Under the pieces are notes generated by a model. That model made no database searches. It was not told the origin of the DNA and saw only the letters and a program-made list of their open reading frames with translations. Below are positions 18,191 through 29,637 of a stretch of DNA of 40,797 nt, piece after piece (the stretch's first letter is position 1; each line of letters starts with the position of its first letter). The DNA comes from a virus. Taxonomy: Duplodnaviria > Caudoviricetes. A program made the translations under genes and the position numbers. The stretch lies in the IMG/VR virus record IMGVR_UViG_3300005980_000007, positions 1 through 40,797 of that record; one strand, written 5' to 3'.

Positions 18191-19816
18191 TCAGGCCCCG
18201 ATAGGGCCCGCTTGAATGCCAGCGGTGTTCATGGCTGACTGCATGTTTTCCGGGCTTGCGGTTGCTTGCGCAGCCACACCCGCGCCGAGACCTTGAGCAG
18301 CAGCCTGACCGCCTTGGGCGACCATCTGTTCGGCTTGGCGTTTGGCCTTGTCGGCGTCCGTGAGCAGGAGCCCAGCAGTGTCCATACCAATGGCGTTGGC
18401 GAGGCGAATCTTGAGGTTGCTCATGTTGATGTCAGGGTCTTGCATGAGCGGCGCAATCGCTTGCAGGCCATTGAAGAACTGAGTCAACTTGTCGAGGTCC
18501 TGCCCACGGCCAAGTGCTTCCAGCCCAGTGCTTACAGTTGGCTCTACGGCCTCCTTGGGCATGTCGGGAATCTGAGAGGTGGCTTGAAGCTGGTTCAGCA
18601 AAATCCGCACAAGCGGCAACTGAAGCTCCTGGGAGAGGATCGAATAGACCCCGCCAAGAGTGTCCTCAAGCTCGCTTGCCACATACCGAATCTCTTCAGC
18701 AGTCACACGCTCACCCGAACGCTGCACGGCTGAGTTCAGCATGAAGACATAGGCCAAGCGGCCTTCAATGGCATCCGCGACAGACTTAGCGACTGTGAAG
18801 TCAGCTGTCTTTTCGAGCTGCAAGAACTCGATATCAGCCTTACGGCCTGCAACGAAGTCGCCTGTCTGTGCCTTGGTCAACCGCCGCACTTGGGTCATCC
18901 CGTTAGGGTTCACCAAGCCCACGACCTTCGAGGCGATCATTGAAAACTTGATCATGGATTCGTGAAGGTTCTCCAGGGACGTTAAGTCGCCCAGGTATTC
19001 CTCACAGTGGGAACGGCCATAGTTTTCACCGTCCCGCTTGGTCCATCTCACAGCGATCCATGGAACCGCATCGGGTGGGTATTGCCCATCAGTGCCGTCC
19101 ACTTCCTCACCGTCCACTTCCTGATAGCTCAAGAAGTCGCCTGACTCATCGTCAAGGTAAACGTGTGTGTAGACCTCCACTTCTTCATCGGGCTTTTTGT
19201 CGCCAGAATCCGAGAGGGAGTTACGGACATCTTCAGGAAGGGCCGCGTAGGCCACCTTGTCCAACGTGACAATCTGCAAGACGTTCCCGAAGGAGTCCCG
19301 CTGAACCACATAGGAACTCAGGGGATAGAGCTTCATCGGGTTGTAGCCCGTAGAGCTTGCGTCCGGCTGTGGTAGGTGAAGGCATCCATTGCCTGCCAGG
19401 GCCAACTGTCGAATCAGCTCAAAGAGCGTCACCCGGTAGCTGTTGGCTTCCATGAAAGACATCATGATCCGCTCAACCATACCCAAGCCTTGATCCACGA
19501 TTGCCAGTTGCTCAGGGTCAGTGACCAGTTGCTTTGCCTGCCACTCGGACACCTTCAGCTTCATCCAGCTTTGCAGCGGGAACAGAGCGAGCATCACCTT
19601 GGCGGACAAGTTGTTAAGACCACGGGCACCCACTGCCTGCCACGGTGTGGTGTAGTCAGTCGAGGCGTTATCCGAGGTCTTTGGGAACAGCGAGGGTATT
19701 GTTACTTTCGCGCAGTTTTCAGCGCGGGTCTCGTAGGGAACACGGTCATTCTTCAAGCGGTCATAGACTGCCTTCGCCGATTCTTCTCCAAGCCCTGTGC
19801 GAGCCGTAGAGGCCAT
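18191..19816 (-). CDS. gp8: Portal / head-tail connector (gp8)
   Basis: TPWQAVGARGLNNLS, ERVTAEEIRYVASELEDTLGGVYS. Confidence 0.97.
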   Translation of the reverse strand: MASTARTGLGEESAKAVYDRLKNDRVPYETRAENCAKVTIPSLFPKTSDNASTDYTTPWQAVGARGLNNLSAKVMLALFPLQSWMKLKVSEWQAKQLVTDPEQLAIVDQGLGMVERIMMSFMEANSYRVTLFELIRQLALAGNGCLHLPQPDASSTGYNPMKLYPLSSYVVQRDSFGNVLQIVTLDKVAYAALPEDVRNSLSDSGDKKPDEEVEVYTHVYLDDESGDFLSYQEVDGEEVDGTDGQYPPDAVPWIAVRWTKRDGENYGRSHCEEYLGDLTSLENLHESMIKFSMIASKVVGLVNPNGMTQVRRLTKAQTGDFVAGRKADIEFLQLEKTADFTVAKSVADAIEGRLAYVFMLNSAVQRSGERVTAEEIRYVASELEDTLGGVYSILSQELQLPLVRILLNQLQATSQIPDMPKEAVEPTVSTGLEALGRGQDLDKLTQFFNGLQAIAPLMQDPDINMSNLKIRLANAIGMDTAGLLLTDADKAKRQAEQMVAQGGQAAAQGLGAGVAAQATASPENMQSAMNTAGIQAGPIGA

Positions 19817-19826
19817 ATAGACCTCC

Positions 19827-20096
19827 TTAGATGTTCAGACCGGTCCCCTGGCTGCGTGATACGGAAAGGGATCGTTTACCCTTCGCCTTGGCGGCTCGTT
19901 TTGCTGCTTCGCTATCGCCATCTTCGCCAGTCTGCGTGTCCTCTTTAGGAGCTTCGACTTGAGCAGCGGCTACGGGAGCTGGCGCCTCAACAGCAGCGGC
20001 TACGGGAGCTGGGTCTTTAGGCTTATCACTACCGCCACCAACCAAGCCTCCTGTTAACTTTGAAACCTTCTTGAAAGCCTTCTTGAAAAAACCCAT
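19827..20096 (-). CDS. gp7.3: Virion/tail assembly protein gp7.3-like
   Basis: Start reassigned to MGFFKKAFKK (ATG 20096, AAGGAGG RBS); C-terminal GKRSLSVSRSQGTGLNI. Confidence 0.88.
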   Translation of the reverse strand: MGFFKKAFKKVSKLTGGLVGGGSDKPKDPAPVAAAVEAPAPVAAAQVEAPKEDTQTGEDGDSEAAKRAAKAKGKRSLSVSRSQGTGLNI

Positions 20097-20115
20097 TAGT
20101 TCCTCCTTGTAGTTA

Positions 20116-20388
20116 TTAACCTCGTTTAAGGGCTCGTTTAACGGATGAACTTGAAGATGCCTTCTTGGCAAGTCCGGTGTCCTTTGCGACAGCAGCGGCT
20201 GGAGTACCATCACCCTGCTCTTCCTTTTTGACCTTCAAGTCTTTAATGCCATCGGTTGTTTCCGGCTTATCACCATCGCTCCCATCACCAAACTCGACAC
20301 CTTTAGGTGGCTCTTCCATTACGGGGGCTGGGGCAGCGATAGTTGACGGGTCGACCTTTGGCTGTTTGGCTTTTGCTGAGAAGCACAT
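20116..20388 (-). CDS. gp6.7: Virion protein gp6.7-like
   Basis: MCFSAK..PAP..EEPPKGVEFG; synteny. Confidence 0.85.
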   Translation of the reverse strand: MCFSAKAKQPKVDPSTIAAPAPVMEEPPKGVEFGDGSDGDKPETTDGIKDLKVKKEEQGDGTPAAAVAKDTGLAKKASSSSSVKRALKRG

Positions 20389-20399
20389 AGAACCTCCTG

Positions 20400-20648
20400 T
20401 CAGTCTTCTTCGGTTGGAGTGTTCCGCTGCTCCTGCATCAATTCGATAATCTCAGTGACAGCAGTCATGCCCTCAAGGAACCCGCCAATGAATGACTCGG
20501 AGTAACCCGCCTTACGGAGGTCCTCAAGTACACCAGTACGGATTAGATAAGAAGCATTGCAGCGGACGTTAAGGTATTGCGCGGAAGCATTCGGAATATC
20601 GGGGATGTTTTCAGGATCACTGATTACCGCTTGAATATCATTTAACAC
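20400..20648 (-). CDS. gp6.5: gp6.5-like protein
   Basis: PENIPDIPNASAQYLNVRCNASY..GYSESFIGGF; first gene after a late promoter. Confidence 0.85.
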   Translation of the reverse strand: MLNDIQAVISDPENIPDIPNASAQYLNVRCNASYLIRTGVLEDLRKAGYSESFIGGFLEGMTAVTEIIELMQEQRNTPTEED

Positions 20649-20713
20649 AAGAGTTACACCTCCTTATCGGAGACGAAAAGATGCCTTTAAGAAGACAGAA
20701 ACTTTCAGTCTCC

Positions 20714-20736
20714 TATGGTTATAGTGGGTGCTTTAA
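20714..20736 (-). promoter_or_regulatory. Phage RNAP promoter (phi6.5-like) TTAAAGCACCCACTATA|ACCATA
   Basis: Consensus motif; followed by an imperfect hairpin resembling an RNase III site. Confidence 0.87.
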
Positions 20737-20807
20737 AGTCGAATCAGAAACACGCCGAGCAACACGCCGAAAGTGAGGCCCGTAAAGAACACCTCTACGG
20801 TTTCCAT
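20733..20807 (-). CDS. Possible 24-aa membrane peptide at the gp6.3 position (METVEVFFTGLTFGVLLGVFLIRL)
   Basis: Fills the gap between gp6 and the promoter; a single hydrophobic helix; RBS is weak. Confidence 0.4.
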   Translation of the reverse strand: METVEVFFTGLTFGVLLGVFLIRL

Positions 20808-21673
20808 AAGATCGGCTTCTTGTTCTCGTGGTCCCAGTCAGACCAGCGCAGGATTCGCGCGACCTGGGCCTGTTGCAAAAGCTCAGCCTCAGTCATGTCC
20901 TTTGATGCAGCTAACGAGACCATGCAGTCCCACAGCGTTTCCATCTCGGAGGGGGCACGGGAAGCCCAGTAGGCAACCTCTTCACCCTTCCGTGGGCCGG
21001 ACTTCATGACCTTTGTAGCCGCGTAGAAGAACAGCGGAGAATCCAAGAACTCTTCGGCGACTACAGGACCCACACCGGGAATGCCAGAGTAGCCATCTGT
21101 CACGTCGCCTATGAGGGTCTGGTACATGTGATAACGATCCGCCTGGGCTTCGCTGTTGCGCATCATCTTGCCCTTAGTGAGCCACATGAACATGCCGGGG
21201 ACCGTATTGAAGTCCTTGTCGCAACTTGCGGAGACCACAGCGACACAGCCAGCAAGGGCCGGGTTAGTCATCAAGATCCCGCAAACGTCATCACCCTCAA
21301 CGCCATCCCAGCGGAAAGCGTTGTCACCGTAGTGCTGCATGCAGGCCTCGACAAACGCCGGGTAGCCCACAGGCTTACGCTTGCCTTTACGGTTCGCTTT
21401 GTAGGTCTGCAAGACCTCTTTACGGAAGTTGTCAGAGCCCGAGATGATGCACAGCGGCACCAGCTCAAAGGGCTTCTTGTTCTTCTTGCGGATGTCCGCT
21501 TCGATGCTCGCCAAGATGGACTTAATGGTCCCGCCCAGGATGCCCCGAGCTTTCGCGTGGTCGCACTCAAGGGACCAAATGTCATCACCCCAGTCCTGCT
21601 CACGCTCGCTTACGGTCATTGCCTCGAAGATCAGGAAGTCCATGTCGAGAGCCACGCCGATACGAGCGGTCAT
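20795..21673 (-). CDS. gp6: 5'-3' exonuclease (gp6)
   Basis: NFRKEVLQTYKANRKGKRKPVGY, EGDDVCGI, SCDKDF, GDVTDGYSGIPG. Confidence 0.96.
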   Translation of the reverse strand: MTARIGVALDMDFLIFEAMTVSEREQDWGDDIWSLECDHAKARGILGGTIKSILASIEADIRKKNKKPFELVPLCIISGSDNFRKEVLQTYKANRKGKRKPVGYPAFVEACMQHYGDNAFRWDGVEGDDVCGILMTNPALAGCVAVVSASCDKDFNTVPGMFMWLTKGKMMRNSEAQADRYHMYQTLIGDVTDGYSGIPGVGPVVAEEFLDSPLFFYAATKVMKSGPRKGEEVAYWASRAPSEMETLWDCMVSLAASKDMTEAELLQQAQVARILRWSDWDHENKKPILWKP

Positions 21674-21879
21674 TTAGCACCTCCATGTTTCTGCAAGAAC
21701 AACTGACCCGCTGTCGTCAGCGACCAGACGCCCATGTTTCGTCCGTCAGTGGACACACACGAGATGTGGCCCCGTGATGCTGCCTCAGATACGCCGTGGG
21801 CATTCTTTCGGTAGAAGTCGGATTGGAACGTGCGGGCTTCCTTTTTGATGGCGTAGAGCATCCGAATGTATTCACCCAT
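21670..21879 (-). CDS. gp5.7: gp5.7-like protein
   Basis: TFQSDFYRKNA..VSEAASRGHISC.STDGRN.GVW motif. Confidence 0.9.
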   Translation of the reverse strand: MGEYIRMLYAIKKEARTFQSDFYRKNAHGVSEAASRGHISCVSTDGRNMGVWSLTTAGQLFLQKHGGAK

Positions 21880-22166
21880 CAGGACACCACTTGGGTCTGC
21901 ACTGGGCTCATGCGGGTAATGTTCAACTCCCCAAACAGCGAGGCCAGTTCACTGCGCATATTTTCCCGAATGCCAGCCTTGGTTAGGAGCAACGCCATCT
22001 CTTCATCAGTAGCTTCAAGAGCCTTTTTGACCAGAGCTTCCTTACCCAGCACTACTTCATTGGTGGCGAGGCCGATACGTAAGCCCTCCCGAATTTCAGA
22101 GAGGTCATTAGATGAGTAAACAACGCGGGTCGTGAAGGTATGTTGCAGGTTCAGTGTGATAGCCAT
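21879..22166 (-). CDS. gp5.5: gp5.5-like protein (nucleoid-silencer antagonist in T7)
   Basis: Position between gp5 and gp5.7, size, MAIT start and C-terminal SP motif; sequence is divergent. Confidence 0.65.
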   Translation of the reverse strand: MAITLNLQHTFTTRVVYSSNDLSEIREGLRIGLATNEVVLGKEALVKKALEATDEEMALLLTKAGIRENMRSELASLFGELNITRMSPVQTQVVS

Positions 22167-22186
22167 AGGGCCTCCTTAATTATTGG

Positions 22187-24334
22187 TTAGTGACATTCGC
22201 GCCAAGTCGGTCCGATCTTTCCTTCCGTATCGAGGACACAGCGGAAGCCGAAGGACTCGCCTACATTGCGAATGGCTTGCTGAGCAGCGGCCACACAGAC
22301 CTCCCCAATCTCTTGGGTGCGTGCAGCAATCTGTAATTCGTCGTGGACCCATGCCATGAAGCAGAAGTCGCCGTCCCATCCGTGGATGAACCCGTGGTCT
22401 TCCATAAGGAGCCTTTCGGTTTCCACGACCCACGCCTTGCAGATGAGCGCACCGGCCGACTGAAGGAGCGTGTTTAGGGCACTGTGAGGTGAGCGGACGT
22501 GAATCTTTCGGCCATCCAGGCCCTTGATCCAACGGCGCTTCCACTTGATGTCAAACTTGCGAAGGGCTTGGTTCCACTTCTGGTCTGAGATTAGGGATTC
22601 TTCAAGGGCTTCGCGGAGAGACTTGATAACGGGCGTACCTTCCAAGAAGGCTTTCTTCAGCTCTTTACCGCGTTTCGCACCACCCCCAACGATTGATCCG
22701 ATCTTGGCGTCACCGGCCCCGTAAAGGAACGCATAGATGAACGTCTTCGCCATGTCCCGCCAACGGTCGTGGTCGTGATTGGACTTGTCGCGGATGGTTG
22801 CCTGACAGATGCCAGCAGCCACGCCGTTAGCCCAATGCACGTCACCGTTAAGCACCTGATCGGCGTAAGCACCATCGTCGTACTTGGCCCCAAAGTGCCC
22901 CAGGCAGCGCAGCTCAAGACCCGAAGCGTCCACGCCAACCTGTACGCAGTTCTCCCAGCCCTTGAAGCGCTTCTGAGCGAAGACAGCACCGAACAAAGCA
23001 CGGCATTCAGGCCCATAAGGACTCTTGGCGCTGGGGACCTGGCCCATGTTCGGATAGCTGTGAGTTGCGCGACCTGTGACAGCCCCATTGGGGTTGATAG
23101 AGCCGTGCATTGAGCCGTCCGAATGGACCAGTCGCATCCATGCGTTATCACCTTCGGCCAACATCCCGATTCTCTTTTGGATCATCAGGTAGTCGCGCAC
23201 CAGGGCGATGCAGGCTTGGGCGTCCGGGTCAGCAACGGTCACGCCTTCAAGGGTCTCGTCGTCAACCTTTGGGGCGCCCTTGTCCGTGAACTCAGTCGGT
23301 TCCCATCCAGCGTCTTTGAGGACCTTGATGAGGTGCGCGCCGGATGCAGGATTGAACGTCACGAACTCGACAGGCGTGTATGGGGCACCCGCAAAGGTCT
23401 CCCGTGTGTCCTTCTTCTTGCCGTCTTTGAGGTAAACACCGCCGACCTTTGGGTACTTGACCCGAGGCATTGGGCGACCGTCAGACCACTTCGCAATGGC
23501 CTTACCTGTCTTGGGGTTTACGAACAGCTCATTGCCGCCCTTGGGTTGATACCAAGAGCCAAACGTCTTAATGAGCTTCACCAAGAGGTCAGAGCGCTGG
23601 CCTGCAAGATCCGCGTAGAGCCTTTCAGCCCCGTCAGAGTCGAACGGGAAACCGTTGCGCTCCATCTGAGCCAGAGCCCACGCAGTGTCATGCTCAAGGT
23701 GAACCGCACGGATTGACTGCATCCAGTGTTCGCCATTAGGAGCGAGCCCACTGGGGAAGTAGTACGGGTCGGACATCAACTTGGTAACGAGCTTGGTCGT
23801 GACTACAACGTCCTGAACGCAGTAGTCCTGCATGGCCTTTGACCAGTTCTTCCATTCGAGACCCGGCGTGTACACGGTGCCATCTGCAAGGCACTGGGCC
23901 TTAAAGTCGGTCGTGTATTCCCCTTTCATCTCGCCTAAGCGATAACCCCAGGCTTCCAACGCATGCGACCCAAAGCGATTGCCTGGGAGTCGCCCAGTAC
24001 GCAGAAGGCCACCGTCTGTGTCTCTAAGATTCGCGTGGATCAGTCGGGACAGGACAAGGGTGTCCATGACCTTCTTGCGTGGGATGTTGAGGCGCTTACC
24101 GAAGTACTGACGCTTCAGCTTGTCGAGGACGGGGATGTCGTACTTGATCCCGTTATGGAAGACCACGAGCCCGTCAGGCTTAGCCGCTTCGGCCTCAAGC
24201 TGGGCGATGTATTCCTTGAGCTGGTCGGGGCCGAACTCGAAGACTTCACCAGTGAAATAATCCTTGCTGACCCCACAGTGAAACTTGCTGACGTTCTCAA
24301 GGAGTCCGTCCGTCTCAATGTCAGAAGTCAGCAT
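22187..24334 (-). CDS. gp5: Family A DNA polymerase (gp5) with thioredoxin-binding insertion
   Basis: Exo DIETDGLL and HNGIKYD; pol motifs DASGLELRCL, AKTFIYAFLYGAG, WVHDELQ; TBD from FGSWYQPKGG to GAPYTPVE. Confidence 0.98.
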   Translation of the reverse strand: MLTSDIETDGLLENVSKFHCGVSKDYFTGEVFEFGPDQLKEYIAQLEAEAAKPDGLVVFHNGIKYDIPVLDKLKRQYFGKRLNIPRKKVMDTLVLSRLIHANLRDTDGGLLRTGRLPGNRFGSHALEAWGYRLGEMKGEYTTDFKAQCLADGTVYTPGLEWKNWSKAMQDYCVQDVVVTTKLVTKLMSDPYYFPSGLAPNGEHWMQSIRAVHLEHDTAWALAQMERNGFPFDSDGAERLYADLAGQRSDLLVKLIKTFGSWYQPKGGNELFVNPKTGKAIAKWSDGRPMPRVKYPKVGGVYLKDGKKKDTRETFAGAPYTPVEFVTFNPASGAHLIKVLKDAGWEPTEFTDKGAPKVDDETLEGVTVADPDAQACIALVRDYLMIQKRIGMLAEGDNAWMRLVHSDGSMHGSINPNGAVTGRATHSYPNMGQVPSAKSPYGPECRALFGAVFAQKRFKGWENCVQVGVDASGLELRCLGHFGAKYDDGAYADQVLNGDVHWANGVAAGICQATIRDKSNHDHDRWRDMAKTFIYAFLYGAGDAKIGSIVGGGAKRGKELKKAFLEGTPVIKSLREALEESLISDQKWNQALRKFDIKWKRRWIKGLDGRKIHVRSPHSALNTLLQSAGALICKAWVVETERLLMEDHGFIHGWDGDFCFMAWVHDELQIAARTQEIGEVCVAAAQQAIRNVGESFGFRCVLDTEGKIGPTWRECH

Positions 24335-24761
24335 TGGACGCTACCTTGATGCAGCTCAGCGGCAGCCATAGCCCCTTGGGCGAAGAGCTGGCCGGGAACG
24401 CATCGAAGTGAACAACCCAGCCAGTGAAGCCGTTTATTCTCTTCGACTTTTCAGACCCTTCCTCAATCCACTCCGTGGACAAGGCAGTGAAGCGCATGTA
24501 GCGGTGCGTGTAAGCGTTCAGAAAATGCCCAGGAGGCAGAGAAATAACATTGAATGTGGCCCCTGCGCGTACCGGGCAATTACGTTTCTCAGGAGGCGTA
24601 AGCAGTTCGGTGAGCTGCTCTTTGAACAACTCCAGCTCACTTTTGGTAGGAGCCTCCCAGCGTGTGGGAATGTTGCTTCCATAGCTGTATCCAAGAGATT
24701 CCAGCAGGGCCACTGCCTGCTCACCTTTACGCAGATGGGCACGTACTTTTTGATTGTCCAC
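24321..24761 (-). CDS. Hypothetical phage protein
   Basis: GGAGG RBS before GTG; tiles between neighbours on the coding strand. Confidence 0.7.
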   Translation of the reverse strand: MDNQKVRAHLRKGEQAVALLESLGYSYGSNIPTRWEAPTKSELELFKEQLTELLTPPEKRNCPVRAGATFNVISLPPGHFLNAYTHRYMRFTALSTEWIEEGSEKSKRINGFTGWVVHFDAFPASSSPKGLWLPLSCIKVASNADF

Positions 24762-24860
24762 AGTGAATCCTCCAAACGATTAATTGGTGATGGGTGAGGG
24801 TCTTACTTAAGGTTGACTGAAAGGTCCCCAAACGAACGTGTGGAGACCCTTGGATCACTC

Positions 24861-25055
24861 TTAGATGAGAGCGGAAACCTTGGCGGCTTCTTCGGTCAGG
24901 CGCTTGCTCTCCTTGGCCGCGTCGAGGGCTTCAGCAGCCGCCTTTGCGCTGGCCTTAACGAGGAAGTCGGCTTGAGCCTTCTTGGCGTTTGCGGCCTTGG
25001 TCATTGCAGCGGCCAGTTTCTTCAGAGCGAATTTGTACAGTTTGATAATGGTCAT
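24861..25055 (-). CDS. gp4.3-like Ala/Lys-rich small protein
   Basis: AAGGAG RBS; position after gp4; helical composition. Confidence 0.65.
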   Translation of the reverse strand: MTIIKLYKFALKKLAAAMTKAANAKKAQADFLVKASAKAAAEALDAAKESKRLTEEAAKVSALI

Positions 25056-25075
25056 AGGGTTTCTCCTTGAGTGGG

Positions 25076-27308
<2,233 letters not shown>

Positions 27309-27388
27309 AAGTAATCCTCCTAAGTTAAGAGGTGAATTTGCTGTTAAAGCGAACCAATTAGGCACGCCTTACAGTTGCTTGATGGGTA

Positions 27389-27835
27389 TTACGCAGGGGT
27401 TCTCTTAAATGCCCATTCAGCCACGTCAAAGGACGGGCAGGCTTTGCCAGAGTCGAGGTCTCTATGGCCTTTAAGAGTGGCGTTCGGATACAGCGGCACA
27501 AGGGCTTCCCATACCAAAAGGTCCAGGGCTTTCCATTGAGCATCCGTGAAGTTGTTCTGAGGCTTCAACTTGTCGTCAACGCCTCCTACAAGACACACTC
27601 CAACAGACTCTGAGTTGTGCCCTTTAACGTGGGACCCTACGACATCGTGAGGACGGCCGATTTCCACGGTGCCATCTCTACGGATGATGTAGTGATAGCC
27701 AACGTCAAGCCAGCCTTGCTGTACATGCCACTGACGAATCTCACGCAAGCCAATGTCCATAGAAGGACGTGTAGCCGCGCAATGAAGAACGATAAGGTTT
27801 GTCACCTCCCGCTGTTTGAATTGGACACGAGCCAT
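27389..27835 (-). CDS. gp3.5: N-acetylmuramoyl-L-alanine amidase / RNAP inhibitor (gp3.5)
   Basis: HCAAT, GWLDVGYHY, GHRDL, KACPSF. Confidence 0.97.
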   Translation of the reverse strand: MARVQFKQREVTNLIVLHCAATRPSMDIGLREIRQWHVQQGWLDVGYHYIIRRDGTVEIGRPHDVVGSHVKGHNSESVGVCLVGGVDDKLKPQNNFTDAQWKALDLLVWEALVPLYPNATLKGHRDLDSGKACPSFDVAEWAFKRTPA

Positions 27836-27838
27836 TAG

Positions 27839-28288
27839 TTACGCTCCTTTCTCTTTCAGAATTCCGTCAGGAATCTGCTTTTTCTTCTCCTTCATCCAAG
27901 CCAGTGGGACCAGCTTGTCTGCGAATTGAATATTGTGTTTCTCACACCACGCCCCGTAAGTTGTGGGTGAGCCCTTATAGAGCTTCGCCTTGCTCGATGA
28001 GAAGACCAATCGAATATCAAGCTGAGGATATTGTTCTCGCAGTAGCAGATGCTTTTTGCGGTCTTCAACTTCCCATATGCCCTTACACTCAATGATGATG
28101 CCGTTCCCCAGGATGAAGTCCGGGAGATACTTAGCGACTCGTGCAGGGATCGTGTAGTTAATCCAATGCTGCTCAAAGGTGTAAGGGATACCGTGCTTGT
28201 CCATCAGTTCGCTATTCTTCTCTTCCAGACCTGACCGGAAGGAACTTGCAGCCCTTCGGGGTCCGGCGTAGCGGCCTAATGCAGCCAC
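27839..28288 (-). CDS. gp3: Endonuclease I, Holliday junction resolvase (gp3)
   Basis: FRSGLEEK, YLPDF, IECKG, DRKKHLL. Confidence 0.97.
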   Translation of the reverse strand: MAALGRYAGPRRAASSFRSGLEEKNSELMDKHGIPYTFEQHWINYTIPARVAKYLPDFILGNGIIIECKGIWEVEDRKKHLLLREQYPQLDIRLVFSSSKAKLYKGSPTTYGAWCEKHNIQFADKLVPLAWMKEKKKQIPDGILKEKGA

Positions 28289-28290
28289 GG

Positions 28291-28983
28291 TTAGAAGTCG
28301 CCGTCGTTGTCTGGGATTTCCTCGTCAGCGTGACCGCGAGAGCCGGACTCTTCGCCCTCTTCCCATTCACTGGAATCATCAGCGGAGTAGCCGCCCTCTT
28401 CCACATCATCAGCCCAGTCGTTGCCGCCCTCGAACTCTTTCAGGTTCAGCAGCATTACACTGTCGATTTGCAGCTTCACGGAAGCACCGGCCACAGCGGT
28501 CCAGCCATACGGGAACAGAGTGAACTTCACTTTCAACTCAGAGCCGCCAGCAATGGCCGGTACGTTGTCGATGCGCTTACCTTTGGAATCGACCACCTTC
28601 AGGGGAATCGCTTTGTTCTCCTGGGTGTTCTTGTCGATGTACGAGGCGTAACCCTTGATCTTGAAGGTCACAGTGCCGTCGCCGTTATCCACGAAAGGCA
28701 TATCGCCCTCGTAGGGCAGCAGAGGCTTCTTACCGCGAGGAACCGCTGGTGGGTTCTTTTCGTGTTCGGCCAAGAGCTTCTTATAGTTGGCTTCGTGCGC
28801 CTGAACGATCTTGTCGATCAGGGGCTGAGCCTCACGGGAAGGAACGGTGTGGTCAACCTTCCAGAGACCACGGGGATTGCCGAAGCCCTTTTCTGGATTG
28901 CCGTAGTCCGGCTTTTGAAGGGCGCAGTACGGTTCTGCGATCCCTTTAGGAGTGGTGAGAATTTCTTTACGTGGACCTGCCAT
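28291..28983 (-). CDS. gp2.5: Single-stranded DNA-binding protein (gp2.5)
   Basis: KPDYGN..GFGNPRG; acidic tail ending DGDF. Confidence 0.97.
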   Translation of the reverse strand: MAGPRKEILTTPKGIAEPYCALQKPDYGNPEKGFGNPRGLWKVDHTVPSREAQPLIDKIVQAHEANYKKLLAEHEKNPPAVPRGKKPLLPYEGDMPFVDNGDGTVTFKIKGYASYIDKNTQENKAIPLKVVDSKGKRIDNVPAIAGGSELKVKFTLFPYGWTAVAGASVKLQIDSVMLLNLKEFEGGNDWADDVEEGGYSADDSSEWEEGEESGSRGHADEEIPDNDGDF

Positions 28984-29064
28984 AGTTATGGGTCTCCTTG
29001 TTGTGTCTGAATTGAAGGCGCAGGAGTCCGCTCAAGACATTTAAAGTCTCAAGTGAATAGTCCG

Positions 29065-29087
29065 TGTGCTTTAAGTGGGTGTTTAAA
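29065..29087 (-). promoter_or_regulatory. Phage RNAP promoter (phi2.5-like) TTTAAACACCCACTTAA|AGCACA
   Basis: Consensus motif upstream of SSB, followed by a long imperfect hairpin. Confidence 0.85.
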
Positions 29088-29089
29088 AC

Positions 29090-29449
29090 TTACGAGAAGC
29101 TCGGTTGAATAACCTTGCGGGATTCGCTTTGCAGTTCTTCACGACTAATAGCCATGGAGATTTCTTGTGCTGGCGACTTGCGCACCGAGCGATATACCGA
29201 ATAGACCACATGGACAAAGTGTTCCTTCAAGAACGACTTTTTGAATCTCCATACGTCATGTCTGAAGTGTGCATGACTTTCGGCACCCGCAAGCTCCAAC
29301 AAAGTCAGCTCGACCAGCTCCTGTTGCTTTACGGTCATTAGGCGTTCGTAGAGAACACCAGCAAGGCCCGACTGCCGGACATGGCTGAAGTTGTTCAGGT
29401 GCAGGAAGCCGTCAGGCTTTGCCCGACCGTTGCCCTGTGAGAGGTTCAC
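29090..29449 (-). CDS. Hypothetical phage protein
   Basis: GTG start overlaps the gp2 stop (GTGA); fills the gap to the promoter. Confidence 0.7.
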   Translation of the reverse strand: MNLSQGNGRAKPDGFLHLNNFSHVRQSGLAGVLYERLMTVKQQELVELTLLELAGAESHAHFRHDVWRFKKSFLKEHFVHVVYSVYRSVRKSPAQEISMAISREELQSESRKVIQPSFS

Positions 29450-29637
29450 AGAGTCACCCCAAAGCGATCCACATTCGGAGCGACCATAGGACGGATACGG
29501 GTTACACGGGCGCCACTGCTAAACCGGGCCTCAGCAGATGCCCATGCAGCGTCCATACTGACCGCGTAGATAGTTACCTCGTCTACGTGATCGTCAATTT
29601 CTACTGTTGCCTTAAAGGTCTTATGTGCGAGTTCCAC
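29446..29637 (-). CDS. gp2: Host RNA polymerase inhibitor (gp2)
   Basis: FKATVE..EVTIYAVSMDAA..AEARF..VTRIRP mirrors T7 gp2; start reassigned to GTG 29637 after AAGGAG. Confidence 0.88.
   Translation of the reverse strand: MELAHKTFKATVEIDDHVDEVTIYAVSMDAAWASAEARFSSGARVTRIRPMVAPNVDRFGVTL

Noticed and set aside
16163-18204. Long plus-strand ORFs (298 aa and 358 aa), and the many similar antisense ORFs across the window
   Set aside because: They are shadows of well-supported minus-strand genes, with no recognisable motifs.
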